64,000 nt of DNA from an uncultured delta proteobacterium (GCA_963845145.1 CAWJQU010000001.1:320001-384000), one strand, 5' to 3'. Positions 41,606 through 50,971 are shown, counted from the first letter of the stretch. Numbers and translations are program-made. Notes: generated by a model not told the origin, from the sequence alone.

Positions 41606-42405
41606 CAGACCACCTCCCTTCTCAGTCCCTTGTAGTACAGGGCGGGAAAGTTACCCATCTCTTTTTTTAACACGGTGAGGACACCGGGCCCTTTCAAAAT
41701 TTGAGTCACCTCGGATTCCGGATCGTTAAGATCGCCGAATTTCCGGGAACCCGTAGGGCAGACATCGACACAGGCCGGTAACAACCCTTTGCGAACCCGA
41801 TGATAGCACCAGGTGCATTTCTCGGCGGTACGCGTGTCGGGATGAAGAAAACGGACAGAATAGGGGCAGGCTTGAATACAATAGGCGCATCCCACGCAAC
41901 GCCCGGAATCGACCAGCACGAACCCGTCCGGCGATCGATAGGTAGCCCCAACGGGACAAACCTGAACACACGATGGTTCCTGGCACATGTTGCACAGCTT
42001 GGGAACGAAGAAGGTATCGCGGATTTTTTTCTTTATGTCGTTACGAGGTTCCTGGTATCCCTCCAAACCGCCTTTGGGGGAATCGACGTAAACATTATCA
42101 TCGAAATCTTTCAGATATCTCTCAACCCACGTCCGGTAGTGTCCGTCGGGCACATTAAATTCACGTTTATCGGCCACACAACAGGAGCCGCAACCGATGC
42201 AGCGGGTGATATCCACGATAAAGGCGAACTTCTTTTCGGTCAATTTCCAGGGGCTGTTGCGAATATTTTTGATCTGGTCAGGGATCTCGAGGTTTTCGGC
42301 CCCGGCAGGAATAACCAACAGCAAAGAGCCGCCAATGGTCCCCTTAAGAACGTTTTTTATAAATTGCCGACGATCCTTAATAGGCCTCTTTTCGAAATGG
42401 TCCAT
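41605..42405 (-). CDS. nrfC: Tat-exported polyferredoxin electron-transfer subunit (NrfC/PsrB family)
   Basis: RRQFIK Tat motif; CIGCGSCCVAD, CNMCQEPSCVQVCP, CVGCAYCIQACP and CTWC...PACVDVCP. Confidence 0.88.
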   Translation of the reverse strand: MDHFEKRPIKDRRQFIKNVLKGTIGGSLLLVIPAGAENLEIPDQIKNIRNSPWKLTEKKFAFIVDITRCIGCGSCCVADKREFNVPDGHYRTWVERYLKDFDDNVYVDSPKGGLEGYQEPRNDIKKKIRDTFFVPKLCNMCQEPSCVQVCPVGATYRSPDGFVLVDSGRCVGCAYCIQACPYSVRFLHPDTRTAEKCTWCYHRVRKGLLPACVDVCPTGSRKFGDLNDPESEVTQILKGPGVLTVLKKEMGNFPALYYKGLRREVV

Positions 42406-42989
42406 CAGCTGGCCTCCTGGATGTCAGGCTGGATATCGAGCGGGATGCCGAGAATCCGTTTGGCACGGTTAATGTACTGTAACGGTGCATGTACATGGTG
42501 GCACTGGTTACACTGGTGGGTAACTTTTACTTTCTGCTCTTCGAGATGGGCCGGCATAATGACGGTCTTGATCACTTCGTCGGACCGGGCCTGGATGGCG
42601 CGGTTGTGACATCGCAGGCAGAGGGTGCTGATCTCTTTTTCCTTTTTTACCGGGAGTGTCCCGATCTTTTTGCCGTCCTTGACATGATCGGCCAAGGGAC
42701 CGTGGCAGAATTCACAGGATATCGTACTGTGTTTGCCCCTTAAATGAATTTGGGCCTCAAAGCGATGGCAGGATAAACACGATGCGTTGGTCCCGTGTCG
42801 CATTTCAACTGTTGCAGCCTCTTCAATGGCATCGGCCCGGTAATGGCCGTATATGCCAAAAGATTTGGGAATAAGGAGCTTCTTTGCCGCGATCCCTAGG
42901 GCGACGACAACAATGAGTCCCACGATGATTCGCTTAACATGGGAATTATAGCTCGATTGCAAGCCGCCTCCTTCAACCAAATGGTTCAT
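42405..42989 (-). CDS. Membrane-anchored tetraheme cytochrome c
   Basis: One N-terminal TM segment; CLSCH, CEFCH, CLRCH and CNQCH. Confidence 0.88.
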   Translation of the reverse strand: MNHLVEGGGLQSSYNSHVKRIIVGLIVVVALGIAAKKLLIPKSFGIYGHYRADAIEEAATVEMRHGTNASCLSCHRFEAQIHLRGKHSTISCEFCHGPLADHVKDGKKIGTLPVKKEKEISTLCLRCHNRAIQARSDEVIKTVIMPAHLEEQKVKVTHQCNQCHHVHAPLQYINRAKRILGIPLDIQPDIQEAS

Positions 42990-43138
42990 TCACAGGCAAA
43001 CCTTTTCAGACTTTCATGTTCAGACTTTCAAAGTTAGCGCTTTAGAGATCAGGTTGCCCAAAATGAATTTTTTTATGTATGTTTGCATCTCCGTCAGTAC
43101 GAGAAGGGGTCACATAGAAGTATAACGGAAGTGTTGCT

Positions 43139-43192
43139 ATTCTGGCACAACCTGACGAGATCCGTCAAGTTACGAAGATGTTAATAATGTTA
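43139..43192 (-). promoter_or_regulatory. Candidate promoter of the cytochrome operon with upstream TAAC direct repeats
   Basis: TTGACG-N18-CAGAAT; three (T)GTTA repeats on the plus strand at 43169, 43180 and 43189, abutting the -35. Confidence 0.4.
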
Positions 43193-43256
43193 CAATGTGG
43201 TGGAATCGTCTGATTTGAATCGTTCCGGTTAAGACCGCCTGGATTCGTACAAGACA

Positions 43257-43601
43257 CTATTTTTTTTTAAAAAAATGGTTAAAAATTTTGTCATCGCCAG
43301 CACAACATTCCTGATGCATACGCCGGTATTTATCAAGCAACTCCTTGCCTTCCACGGTTAGTTGTGTGCCTGTTTTTTTATCCGCCAGCACGATTTTCGT
43401 TCCGAAATGTTTCTCTGTCGCCTTGATCTTGCTCCAGGCCCCTTTGTACGACATCTTCATCTGTTTGGCAGCCTGGTTAATTGAGCCGGTCTTCTCAATA
43501 TTCTCCAAAATTTTCATTCGTCCCCTGCCAAGGATAATCTCATTGTCTTCATTGACAATCCAATGGCTCGATCTCAGCTTAAGTCGTTGTTTTTTTTTCA
43601 A
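43257..43601 (-). CDS. modE: ModE-family winged-helix regulator (DNA-binding domain only, no TOBE domains)
   Basis: G.GR..ILE.I..TGSINQAAK.M.MSYK.AW..I motif. Confidence 0.85.
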   Translation of the reverse strand: MKKKQRLKLRSSHWIVNEDNEIILGRGRMKILENIEKTGSINQAAKQMKMSYKGAWSKIKATEKHFGTKIVLADKKTGTQLTVEGKELLDKYRRMHQECCAGDDKIFNHFFKKK

Positions 43602-43616
43602 TGGTTATGTCTTTGG

Positions 43617-44321
43617 TTATTTACTTAGGAGTTTGTAGCCAACGCCGGACACGGTAACAATATATTCCGGCTCTTCGGGATTGACCTCTATTTTTTTCCG
43701 TAACCTTCGAACATGAACATCCAATGCCCGGCTATGGCTGTATAATTCCGAATCCTGCCAAATCTGCTGTTGAATAAAATCACGGGATAACACCTCGTCC
43801 GGGTAGGTGGCAAACAGTTCGAACAGAGCAAACTCGGTCCGGGTCAATTTGGCTTCTTTGCCGCGCGCCAGGACGCTTTTTGATTTGAAATTGATGGAGA
43901 GATCTTTGAAATCAGTTTGTTCTTGTACCAGGCTTCTTTGAATTCGGTCCAAAATCGCCTTGATCCGCGCAGAAAGTTCCAGGAAATGAAACGGTTTGAC
44001 CAGATAATCATCTGCGCCGCATTGCAATCCCAGCACCTTATCGGATAACCCATCCCGGGCGGTGAGCATGATAATCGGAAAATCGAATTCCCGGCGAATA
44101 ATCTGACAGGCCTTGACCCCGTCGATATCGGGTAGGTTCAAATCGAGAATGATCAAATCGGGCCGAATGGTGCGGGCAATATGCAGCCCGGTCATACCAT
44201 CATAAGCGCAGTGGACCTGATATCCGTCCAACTCAAGGTTTCCCTTTAGGGTTTGAACAATATCCCGGTCATCATCGATGACAAGAATACAGGGGTGGGT
44301 GCAGCATAGTTTATCGTTCAT
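43617..44321 (-). CDS. OmpR-family response regulator
   Basis: VIDDD, ILDLNLP, MLTA, GADDYLVKPF, LT..EF, DVHVRRLR.KIE and V.GVGY motifs. Confidence 0.94.
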   Translation of the reverse strand: MNDKLCCTHPCILVIDDDRDIVQTLKGNLELDGYQVHCAYDGMTGLHIARTIRPDLIILDLNLPDIDGVKACQIIRREFDFPIIMLTARDGLSDKVLGLQCGADDYLVKPFHFLELSARIKAILDRIQRSLVQEQTDFKDLSINFKSKSVLARGKEAKLTRTEFALFELFATYPDEVLSRDFIQQQIWQDSELYSHSRALDVHVRRLRKKIEVNPEEPEYIVTVSGVGYKLLSK

Positions 44322-44638
44322 GACACCGTTTCACCATTAAAGAACCATTTCGTCCTTATAAATAAAATTATGGGGTTATGAAAAAAAAATCAAGGCGGAA
44401 GGCAGTTAAAATTTGACGCTGAACCCTGCTTACGGTATCCTATCCATCTTTTATGCGTATACGAGCCTGAGCAGTTGAATCATTTTTCTTGTCATTTTGG
44501 TCGTCGAAGAAGGAAAATGAAAAAGCCCCCTCCTGATGGAATCCGGGCAATGGAATCCAGATAAGGAGCCACGATCTTTCGTATAATACCCCGTCCATAC
44601 GCGCCGGTCATCAAGCAAACACAAACCGAGGGTTTTCG

Positions 44639-46249
44639 ATGCAAAAACCGCGTTTTTCTCTTCAGTTTAAATTTTTAGTGGTGATCATTCTCATTGTCAG
44701 TCCGGTTTTGGGTGCGATTTTCATCTGGACGGGCATTCAAAATGAAAAAAATGCCATGGAACAAGTGATTAATCAGGCCCGGGTTTTATCTCGCCAGATT
44801 ATTCTGACACGGCAGTGGATATCCGATTGCGGAGGCATCATGGTTCTTGAAAATAGCCGTGGCGCTCGAAATACCCAATGCTTTTTCGAAGATCAAATGG
44901 ATACGGATAAGGGGCGCTTTCTACGATTTACACCGTCGATGGTCACGCGTAAATTATCGGATTATTCGTATCAGCAGGACCTGTATCGTTTCCGGCTGGC
45001 GAGCATGAATCCAATCAATCCGGCCAACCTCCCCGATGCATTCGAACGAAATGCGCTAAACCGGTTTAAAAAAGTTGGCCTGGCGGAAATATATCGTTTC
45101 GAAAATAAGGCCGAAGATCCATTTTTCCAATATATTGTTCCCCTTTACATGGAAAGCGCCTGCTTGAAATGTCATACGCAACAAGAAGTATCCCATCAGG
45201 GTATCCTGGGGGGACTCAGCGTCTTTCTACCCCTCGACAAAGCGAAAACAGCATTTAAATATAATCACTTAAAGCTTGGCCTGGCCGGTCTCGGTTTTAT
45301 CGGTTTGACGATTTTTATCCTGTTCTTTATGTTGCGGCGTATGGTGATTCGGCCGTTAAAAGCCCTCGAACATGCCACGACTGAAATCAGCAGTGGTAAT
45401 CTGGACGCAGAAGTCACCCTGCGGACAGGGGACGAATTCGAAAATCTGGGTATCACTTTTAATACAATGGCCCAGAAATTGGCCCGCGGAAGGGTGACGC
45501 TGGAAAAGCGGATCGACCAGGCTACACATAAGCTTTCCGAGGCGAACAGAGAACTAAAAACCCTCGACCAGCTAAAGTCCGACTTTCTGGCCAACATGTC
45601 GCATGAACTCAGGTCCCCCCTGACTGTCATTCGTGGCGGCATCGATTATCTTAACCGAAAAATCGAAATAGAGGACAACCGGAATTATCTATCCATTATC
45701 GATAAAAATGTGGCCCGTCTGACCCGGCTGGTGACGGACCTGTTCGATTTCACCAAACTTGAAGCGAAAAAAATTGAGTGGTCTTTCGAATCGGAAGATT
45801 TGAACCGCTTAATTTCGGAAGTTCTTGAAATCATCAGCCCCATGGCCATTGATCGAAATATTGCGATCAATTTCGATTCGCGAGGCGATATTTTTGTAGA
45901 AATGGATCTGGAACGCATTGAGCAGGTACTGGTCAATCTTATTGAAAACGCAATCAAATTTTCAAAGCGCCGTAAAAGCATCGACATTTTCACGATTCAG
46001 GATCATGACAGTGTCACGGTCGGCATCAAGGACTACGGTGAAGGAATTGATCCGGCGTATATCGATACGATTTTCGAAAAATTTTCTACAGCACCATCGG
46101 GAAGCCGCAGTCAAACCGAAGGAACCGGGCTCGGGCTGGCCATCTGTAAAGCCATCGTTGAAGCCCACGGCGGCCGTATCTGGGTGGTCAGCGAAAAGGG
46201 TGTATTCAGTACGTTTTACTTTTCGCTTCCAAAAACCCAGGCGGCCTGA
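44639..46249 (+). CDS. Sensor histidine kinase with a periplasmic c-heme (DUF3365-like) domain and HAMP
   Basis: Two TM segments flanking S.NP.NP.N.PD.FE and PL....ACLKCH...GG.SV; HAMP DEF..L...FN.M; H-box SHELRSPL, NAIKF, DYGEGI and GTGLGL. Confidence 0.92.
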   Translation: MQKPRFSLQFKFLVVIILIVSPVLGAIFIWTGIQNEKNAMEQVINQARVLSRQIILTRQWISDCGGIMVLENSRGARNTQCFFEDQMDTDKGRFLRFTPSMVTRKLSDYSYQQDLYRFRLASMNPINPANLPDAFERNALNRFKKVGLAEIYRFENKAEDPFFQYIVPLYMESACLKCHTQQEVSHQGILGGLSVFLPLDKAKTAFKYNHLKLGLAGLGFIGLTIFILFFMLRRMVIRPLKALEHATTEISSGNLDAEVTLRTGDEFENLGITFNTMAQKLARGRVTLEKRIDQATHKLSEANRELKTLDQLKSDFLANMSHELRSPLTVIRGGIDYLNRKIEIEDNRNYLSIIDKNVARLTRLVTDLFDFTKLEAKKIEWSFESEDLNRLISEVLEIISPMAIDRNIAINFDSRGDIFVEMDLERIEQVLVNLIENAIKFSKRRKSIDIFTIQDHDSVTVGIKDYGEGIDPAYIDTIFEKFSTAPSGSRSQTEGTGLGLAICKAIVEAHGGRIWVVSEKGVFSTFYFSLPKTQAA

Positions 46250-46316
46250 TAGGCTCATTGGTCTCGATCAGGGTAATATACCCACAATCCAAGCAAGACA
46301 CGTAAAGGAGAATCCC

Positions 46317-46631
46317 ATGTACTTACCCAAGCCTTACGAATCCTTTTCAAAAAAACATCCGGAACTCATCAAGCAATATCAAGACCTCGGCAAATCCTGT
46401 CGGGAGGCCGGACCCCTGGAAGCCAAATATCAGGAATTGGTCAAGTTGGGGATCGCCATCGGTGTCAACTCGCGCGGGGGCGTCATGTCTGCTGCCCGAA
46501 AAGCGCTCGCTGCGGGAGCCACGCTGGAGGAAATCACCCATGCTGTCATCCTATCCATGACCACAACCGGGTTTCCCAATATGATCGCCGCCATTGAATG
46601 GGTCAATGAGGTGGCGGAAAAACAAAAATAG
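46317..46631 (+). CDS. Carboxymuconolactone decarboxylase/AhpD-like protein
   Basis: AAGGAG RBS, ATG 46317; GPL..K..ELV.LGIA and A..AGAT.EEI...G.P motifs. Confidence 0.85.
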   Translation: MYLPKPYESFSKKHPELIKQYQDLGKSCREAGPLEAKYQELVKLGIAIGVNSRGGVMSAARKALAAGATLEEITHAVILSMTTTGFPNMIAAIEWVNEVAEKQK

Positions 46632-46667
46632 TCCTACAATACTGTAAAAAAGAACGTTTACATAATT

Positions 46668-46807
46668 GATGCACTCGTAAAAAGTAGCACGAATGGCTAA
46701 GTTAAAAGGCTCATATACAAGGCGTTGTGGTTTTACAGGATCGAAAGTATGTTGAGAGTCTGGAAAACGACAACAACGCCGTAGATGAGACTTTTTACGA
46801 CGCCATC
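46668..46807. mobile_element. MITE-like non-autonomous element (140 bp)
   Basis: Imperfect terminal inverted repeats GATGCACTCGTAAAAAGT / ACTTTTTACGACGCCATC, flanked on both sides by ATAATT (46662-46667 and 46808-46813). Confidence 0.7.
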
Positions 46808-46914
46808 ATAATTAACGACTTGAATCATGTCAGGCTGAAGGGACCGGTGTGCCGTCCTCTCAACTGACGCGCACCGATACTCCCGTCACACGAACGCCCC
46901 CATTTAACCAGGTA

Positions 46915-46948
46915 AAAGAACCCCCAGTGCAGGTGGTGGGGGTTCTTT
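46915..46948. terminator. Intrinsic terminator hairpin
   Basis: AAAGAACCCCCA-N10-TGGGGGTTCTTT. Confidence 0.75.
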
Positions 46949-47002
46949 GACCTTTCTGCGATAAATCCATACATAAAAACGAAGTTATTTTTTCTTTTTT
47001 TC

Positions 47003-47044
47003 TTGTCAACCGCGTTTTTTTTAGTTATGTTATATTTAACATAA
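47003..47044 (+). promoter_or_regulatory. Sigma70 promoter with a ModE-like operator over the -10
   Basis: TTGTCA-N17-TATGTT; perfect palindrome TTATGTTA-tatt-TAACATAA at 47025-47044. Confidence 0.65.
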
Positions 47045-47060
47045 GGTAGGCGAAAAAAAT

Positions 47061-47684
47061 ATGATGGAAAATTTTGAAACCCTCTTACAAGGTTCCGCCG
47101 AAGTCCATGGCCATTTATGCCCGGGTCAGGTGGTTGGTGTGCGCATGGCCATGCTGGGATGTGAATTGGTCGAACTCGACGATCCCAGCCATCTGCCGCA
47201 AATCAAGAAACTGATTGTCTTTGTGGAAATCGATCGCTGCGCCACGGATGCCATCGCCCATGTTACAGGGGTTCGGCTGGGGCGACGCTCCTTAAAATTT
47301 ATCGATAACGGCATCATGGCAGCCACATTCGTCAACCTGGAAACCAAACGCGCCTTTCGAATCCGCTCAACGGAAAAATCACGCGAACTGGCCGCCGAAT
47401 ATGCACCCGAAATCAAAGATAAACACCTGCAGCAGCTGGAAGCCTATAAACGTATGCCCAACGACCAGCTTTTTAAAGTTGAGGCCGTGGACGTCACCAT
47501 TCCCATACATGATATGCCCGGACCGACCGGCTTTAAGGCAACCTGCCAAAGCTGCGGTACCGTCGTTAGAGATAAGAGGGAAGTATTAAAAAACGGAAAG
47601 GTATTGTGCCGATCATGCGCTTTCGGTGCATACTACCACTATCCGGAAGAGGCTGGGTGCAGCCCCTCCTTGAAAGTCGTATGA
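47061..47684 (+). CDS. FmdE-family protein with a C-terminal zinc finger
   Basis: HGHLCPG, E.DRC..DA and G...G..SL motifs; CxxC...CxxC at the C-terminus. Confidence 0.88.
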   Translation: MMENFETLLQGSAEVHGHLCPGQVVGVRMAMLGCELVELDDPSHLPQIKKLIVFVEIDRCATDAIAHVTGVRLGRRSLKFIDNGIMAATFVNLETKRAFRIRSTEKSRELAAEYAPEIKDKHLQQLEAYKRMPNDQLFKVEAVDVTIPIHDMPGPTGFKATCQSCGTVVRDKREVLKNGKVLCRSCAFGAYYHYPEEAGCSPSLKVV

Positions 47685-47715
47685 GCCCCGGATGGACCCC
47701 GGATGACCAATTGAT

Positions 47716-48795
47716 TTGGAGAGAGAGATGTTAAAACGGCACGATCATCATTGTGAAAAAGACCTATTTCAAAAAATCAGGGTAGAAGATGCCGTTGGAA
47801 TGACCCTGAGCCATGATATCACCGAAGTGAGACCGGGTGAATTTAAAGGTCCGTCGTTTCGAAAAGGGCATAAAGTCCGCGAAAGTGATCTGTGCCACCT
47901 GATGCGCCTGGGCAAACGCCACTTATATGTCCTCGAACTCAACGAAAACCAGGTCCATGAAGATGAGGCCGTTGTTGAGCTCGCTAATGCCCTGGCGGGA
48001 CCGGGAGTGACTTTCGGAGCGCAACCCCGTGAAGGTAAAATTCAATTGATGGCCGCTTATGACGGATTATTGAAGGTTAAGGTCGACCCGTTGACACAAT
48101 TCAATCTGATCCCGGATGTCATGTGTGCCTCTGTTCACAACAATACACCCTTAAAAAAAGGCCAAATGATCGCTGGAACCCGGGCCATTCCTCTGGTCAT
48201 CGACCGTGATGTGCTTGGCCAGGCTGTTTCCATGGCCACGAGCTCATTTCCGATATTTTCAGTAAAAGCATTCAACACCGTGACGGCCCGTCTGATCATT
48301 ACCGGCAATGAGGTCTACGACGGGTTGATTGAGGATCGGTTTGAAAACATCGTCTCTAAGAAGCTATCCGATATCGGATCGATACTGGCTGAAACTGTTA
48401 TTCTACCTGACGACCGGGAACAGATAGCAGACAAAGTGAAACAATTCCTTGAGATGGGCACCGACCTGATTATCACCACCGGCGGCATGTCCGTGGATCC
48501 GGATGATGTCACACGGTTGGGCATTCAGGCCGCTGGTGTCGACCAGATCAATTATGGCGCCGCCGTCCTCCCCGGTGCCATGTTTCTTTTAGCCTATAAA
48601 GAAAATACGCCCATCGTCGGTATCCCCGCCTGCGGTCTTTTTCATTCAATCACCATCTTCGACTTGATTCTGCCCCGGTTGCTGGCCGGTGAAAAACCCG
48701 GCGCCGAAGACCTGGCCCGGCTAGCCCATGGCGGTCTATGCCTGGACTGCCCCACCTGCCGCTACCCGGCCTGTTCTTTCGGCAAATCCGGATAA
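47716..48795 (+). CDS. Molybdopterin-binding (MoeA/CinA-like) protein
   Basis: AVG..L.HDITE, TGNEV..G.IED, TGGMSVDPDD, YG..VLPG.M and GGLC..C..C.YP.C.FG motifs; the start may be ATG 47728. Confidence 0.85.
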   Translation: MEREMLKRHDHHCEKDLFQKIRVEDAVGMTLSHDITEVRPGEFKGPSFRKGHKVRESDLCHLMRLGKRHLYVLELNENQVHEDEAVVELANALAGPGVTFGAQPREGKIQLMAAYDGLLKVKVDPLTQFNLIPDVMCASVHNNTPLKKGQMIAGTRAIPLVIDRDVLGQAVSMATSSFPIFSVKAFNTVTARLIITGNEVYDGLIEDRFENIVSKKLSDIGSILAETVILPDDREQIADKVKQFLEMGTDLIITTGGMSVDPDDVTRLGIQAAGVDQINYGAAVLPGAMFLLAYKENTPIVGIPACGLFHSITIFDLILPRLLAGEKPGAEDLARLAHGGLCLDCPTCRYPACSFGKSG

Positions 48796-48965
48796 AACAT
48801 TCGGGATGCCGCAGGCATCTTCTCAAAACTTGCCAGACGTTCATCCTGCATTACTGTAAATAAATCGATGGCAATTTCATGAGGGGCGATTGAACCCGCC
48901 AGACGATTTTTCAGCGAATCCCCTCGCCCACCACCCTAGTTAAAACCATACAAGGAGAACACCCC

Positions 48966-49583
48966 ATGACACATCACAATATATGTTGCGGATTGAAAGT
49001 TGGTCAGGAAGTGCCGGAATTTGAATTGGACACTTACGATGCCACAGAAGGCTATTTCGGCAAAATATCTCTGGGCCAGTTGAAAAAAGACGGCAAATGG
49101 ACGGTTCTGTTCTTTTATCCGGCGGACTTCACCTTCGTTTGCGCCACTGAATTTGCCGCTCTGGCGGAGAAATACGATGCGTTCAAAGCCCTGGGCGCAG
49201 AATTGGTCACCGTCAGCACCGATACCCAGTTTACCCATCTCGCGTGGCAAAGGGAAGAGACATCGTTAAAGAACGTTAAATACCCCATGGCGGCCGATCC
49301 AACCGGGAATGTCTCCCGGTTGTTCGGCGTGTATGAAGAAAATAGCGGGTTGGCCCTTAGGGGGGCCTTTATCATCAATCCTGAAGGTGTTTTGATGAAT
49401 GCCGAGATCAACTTTTTTAATCTGGGCCGAAACGTGGATGAGTTGCTGCGGAAGCTCAAAGCAAATACCTACCTGGCCGAGCACGGGGATGAAGCATGTC
49501 CGGCCAAATGGTCCGGCGAAGGCGATAAAACCCTGACGCCGAACGAAAAACTCGTTGGCCGGGTGGCCGAGGCTCTCGAGTAA
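48966..49583 (+). CDS. ahpC: 2-Cys peroxiredoxin
   Basis: FFYPADFTFVC, GRN.DELLR and ACPAKW motifs. Confidence 0.93.
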   Translation: MTHHNICCGLKVGQEVPEFELDTYDATEGYFGKISLGQLKKDGKWTVLFFYPADFTFVCATEFAALAEKYDAFKALGAELVTVSTDTQFTHLAWQREETSLKNVKYPMAADPTGNVSRLFGVYEENSGLALRGAFIINPEGVLMNAEINFFNLGRNVDELLRKLKANTYLAEHGDEACPAKWSGEGDKTLTPNEKLVGRVAEALE

Positions 49584-49939
49584 TGGTTAAACGGATAGCG
49601 CTTTAGAAGCTCATTGCGGTGATCTTCACCGCAATGAGCCAAACAGGACCATATCTGATCCGCCGCCATTTTCCGTTTCGACCTCACCCCGCCCCGAGCT
49701 TTTAGTGCAGCCCCGTTTTTCGTTACAATCAGATATCCCTTCGCCAAACTTCCGCTTCGATTATTTTTTAAACACAATGCCTGCCCTCATGACACATGCC
49801 CTTTGGATTGACCCATTAAGTCAAATGCTTGCATTTACATTTCAAGTGGCATCTTTTGACAATAAAATAAATCATCTTAGATTATAAATCATTCACCCGT
49901 TACAATTGAAAACGTTTTCGCAAGGAGAAAACCATCACC

Positions 49940-50887
49940 ATGGACCAAACCAGCAATCCTTCGGATTCCTGCAAAATTGAAGCATTTACCATTAACGACT
50001 ACCGGAAACAGCTTCCGGAAGTGGCCGATAGCGTGATCGCCAATTGTGAGGATTCGACCTGTTATACCCACATCAATTACGAACCAATCCCCTCGCGAGC
50101 ATCGGTCATTGATATCATTGAACGGTTTCGACAAATCCTGTTTCCCGGGTATTTTAACCGTGAGCGTTTGGATCCGGTTAATATGCGTTACGCCATCGGC
50201 CAGGCGACGGCGGAACTCTTTGATAATCTTGGCGAACAGATCGGCCATGCCATTCGCCATGACTGCTTTCGCTATAATCTACCGTGCAGCGAATGTGATG
50301 AAAGCGGCCATAAAAAGGCCCTTGAAATCCTAAAGGCCGTTCCCGATATTCGAAAAAAACTGGCCACAGATGTAACCGCAACCTATGATGGGGATCCCGC
50401 CGCTTCCAGTCATGATGAAATCATCTTCAGCTATCCGGGCATACTGGCCACCACCATATATCGTGTGGCCCATCTCATTTACAAACTCAACATCCCGCTG
50501 TTGCCTCGCATCATGTCCGAATACGCCCATAGCATCACCGGAATAGACATCCATCCGGGAGCCGATATTGGGGAACGCTTTGTCATCGATCACGGTACGG
50601 GTGTCGTGATCGGCGAGACGACGGTGATCGGTAGAAACGTACGCATCTATCAGGGGGTCACACTGGGCGCGCTATCCCTGCCGCCCAATGCCGGCGACGG
50701 TCTGCGCGGACAAAAAAGACACCCCACGATTGAAGACGATGTCATTATCTACTCCGGTGCCACTATCCTCGGTGGCGATACGATTATCGGCGCCCGATCG
50801 GTCATCGGGGGAAATGTCTGGCTTACCCGATCCGTGGCTCCGGAGACATCGGTCATTCTCGAATCGCCCAAGCTTGTATATAAATGA
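49940..50887 (+). CDS. cysE: Serine O-acetyltransferase
   Basis: GDPAA, YPG, GIDIHPGA.IG, IDHGTGVVIGET and KRHPTI motifs. Confidence 0.94.
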   Translation: MDQTSNPSDSCKIEAFTINDYRKQLPEVADSVIANCEDSTCYTHINYEPIPSRASVIDIIERFRQILFPGYFNRERLDPVNMRYAIGQATAELFDNLGEQIGHAIRHDCFRYNLPCSECDESGHKKALEILKAVPDIRKKLATDVTATYDGDPAASSHDEIIFSYPGILATTIYRVAHLIYKLNIPLLPRIMSEYAHSITGIDIHPGADIGERFVIDHGTGVVIGETTVIGRNVRIYQGVTLGALSLPPNAGDGLRGQKRHPTIEDDVIIYSGATILGGDTIIGARSVIGGNVWLTRSVAPETSVILESPKLVYK

Positions 50888-50971
50888 AGCCCCGGTGGAT
50901 TCCTGAAAACGGGTGGATTCCCGGAAACAGGTTTTACAATACTAAATCTAAAATCCAAATGGAGGGCCACG

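Noticed and set aside
46820..46860. SRP (4.5S) RNA
   Set aside because: CATGTCAGG resembles the start of the conserved helix, but the GGAA tetraloop and AGCAG are absent.
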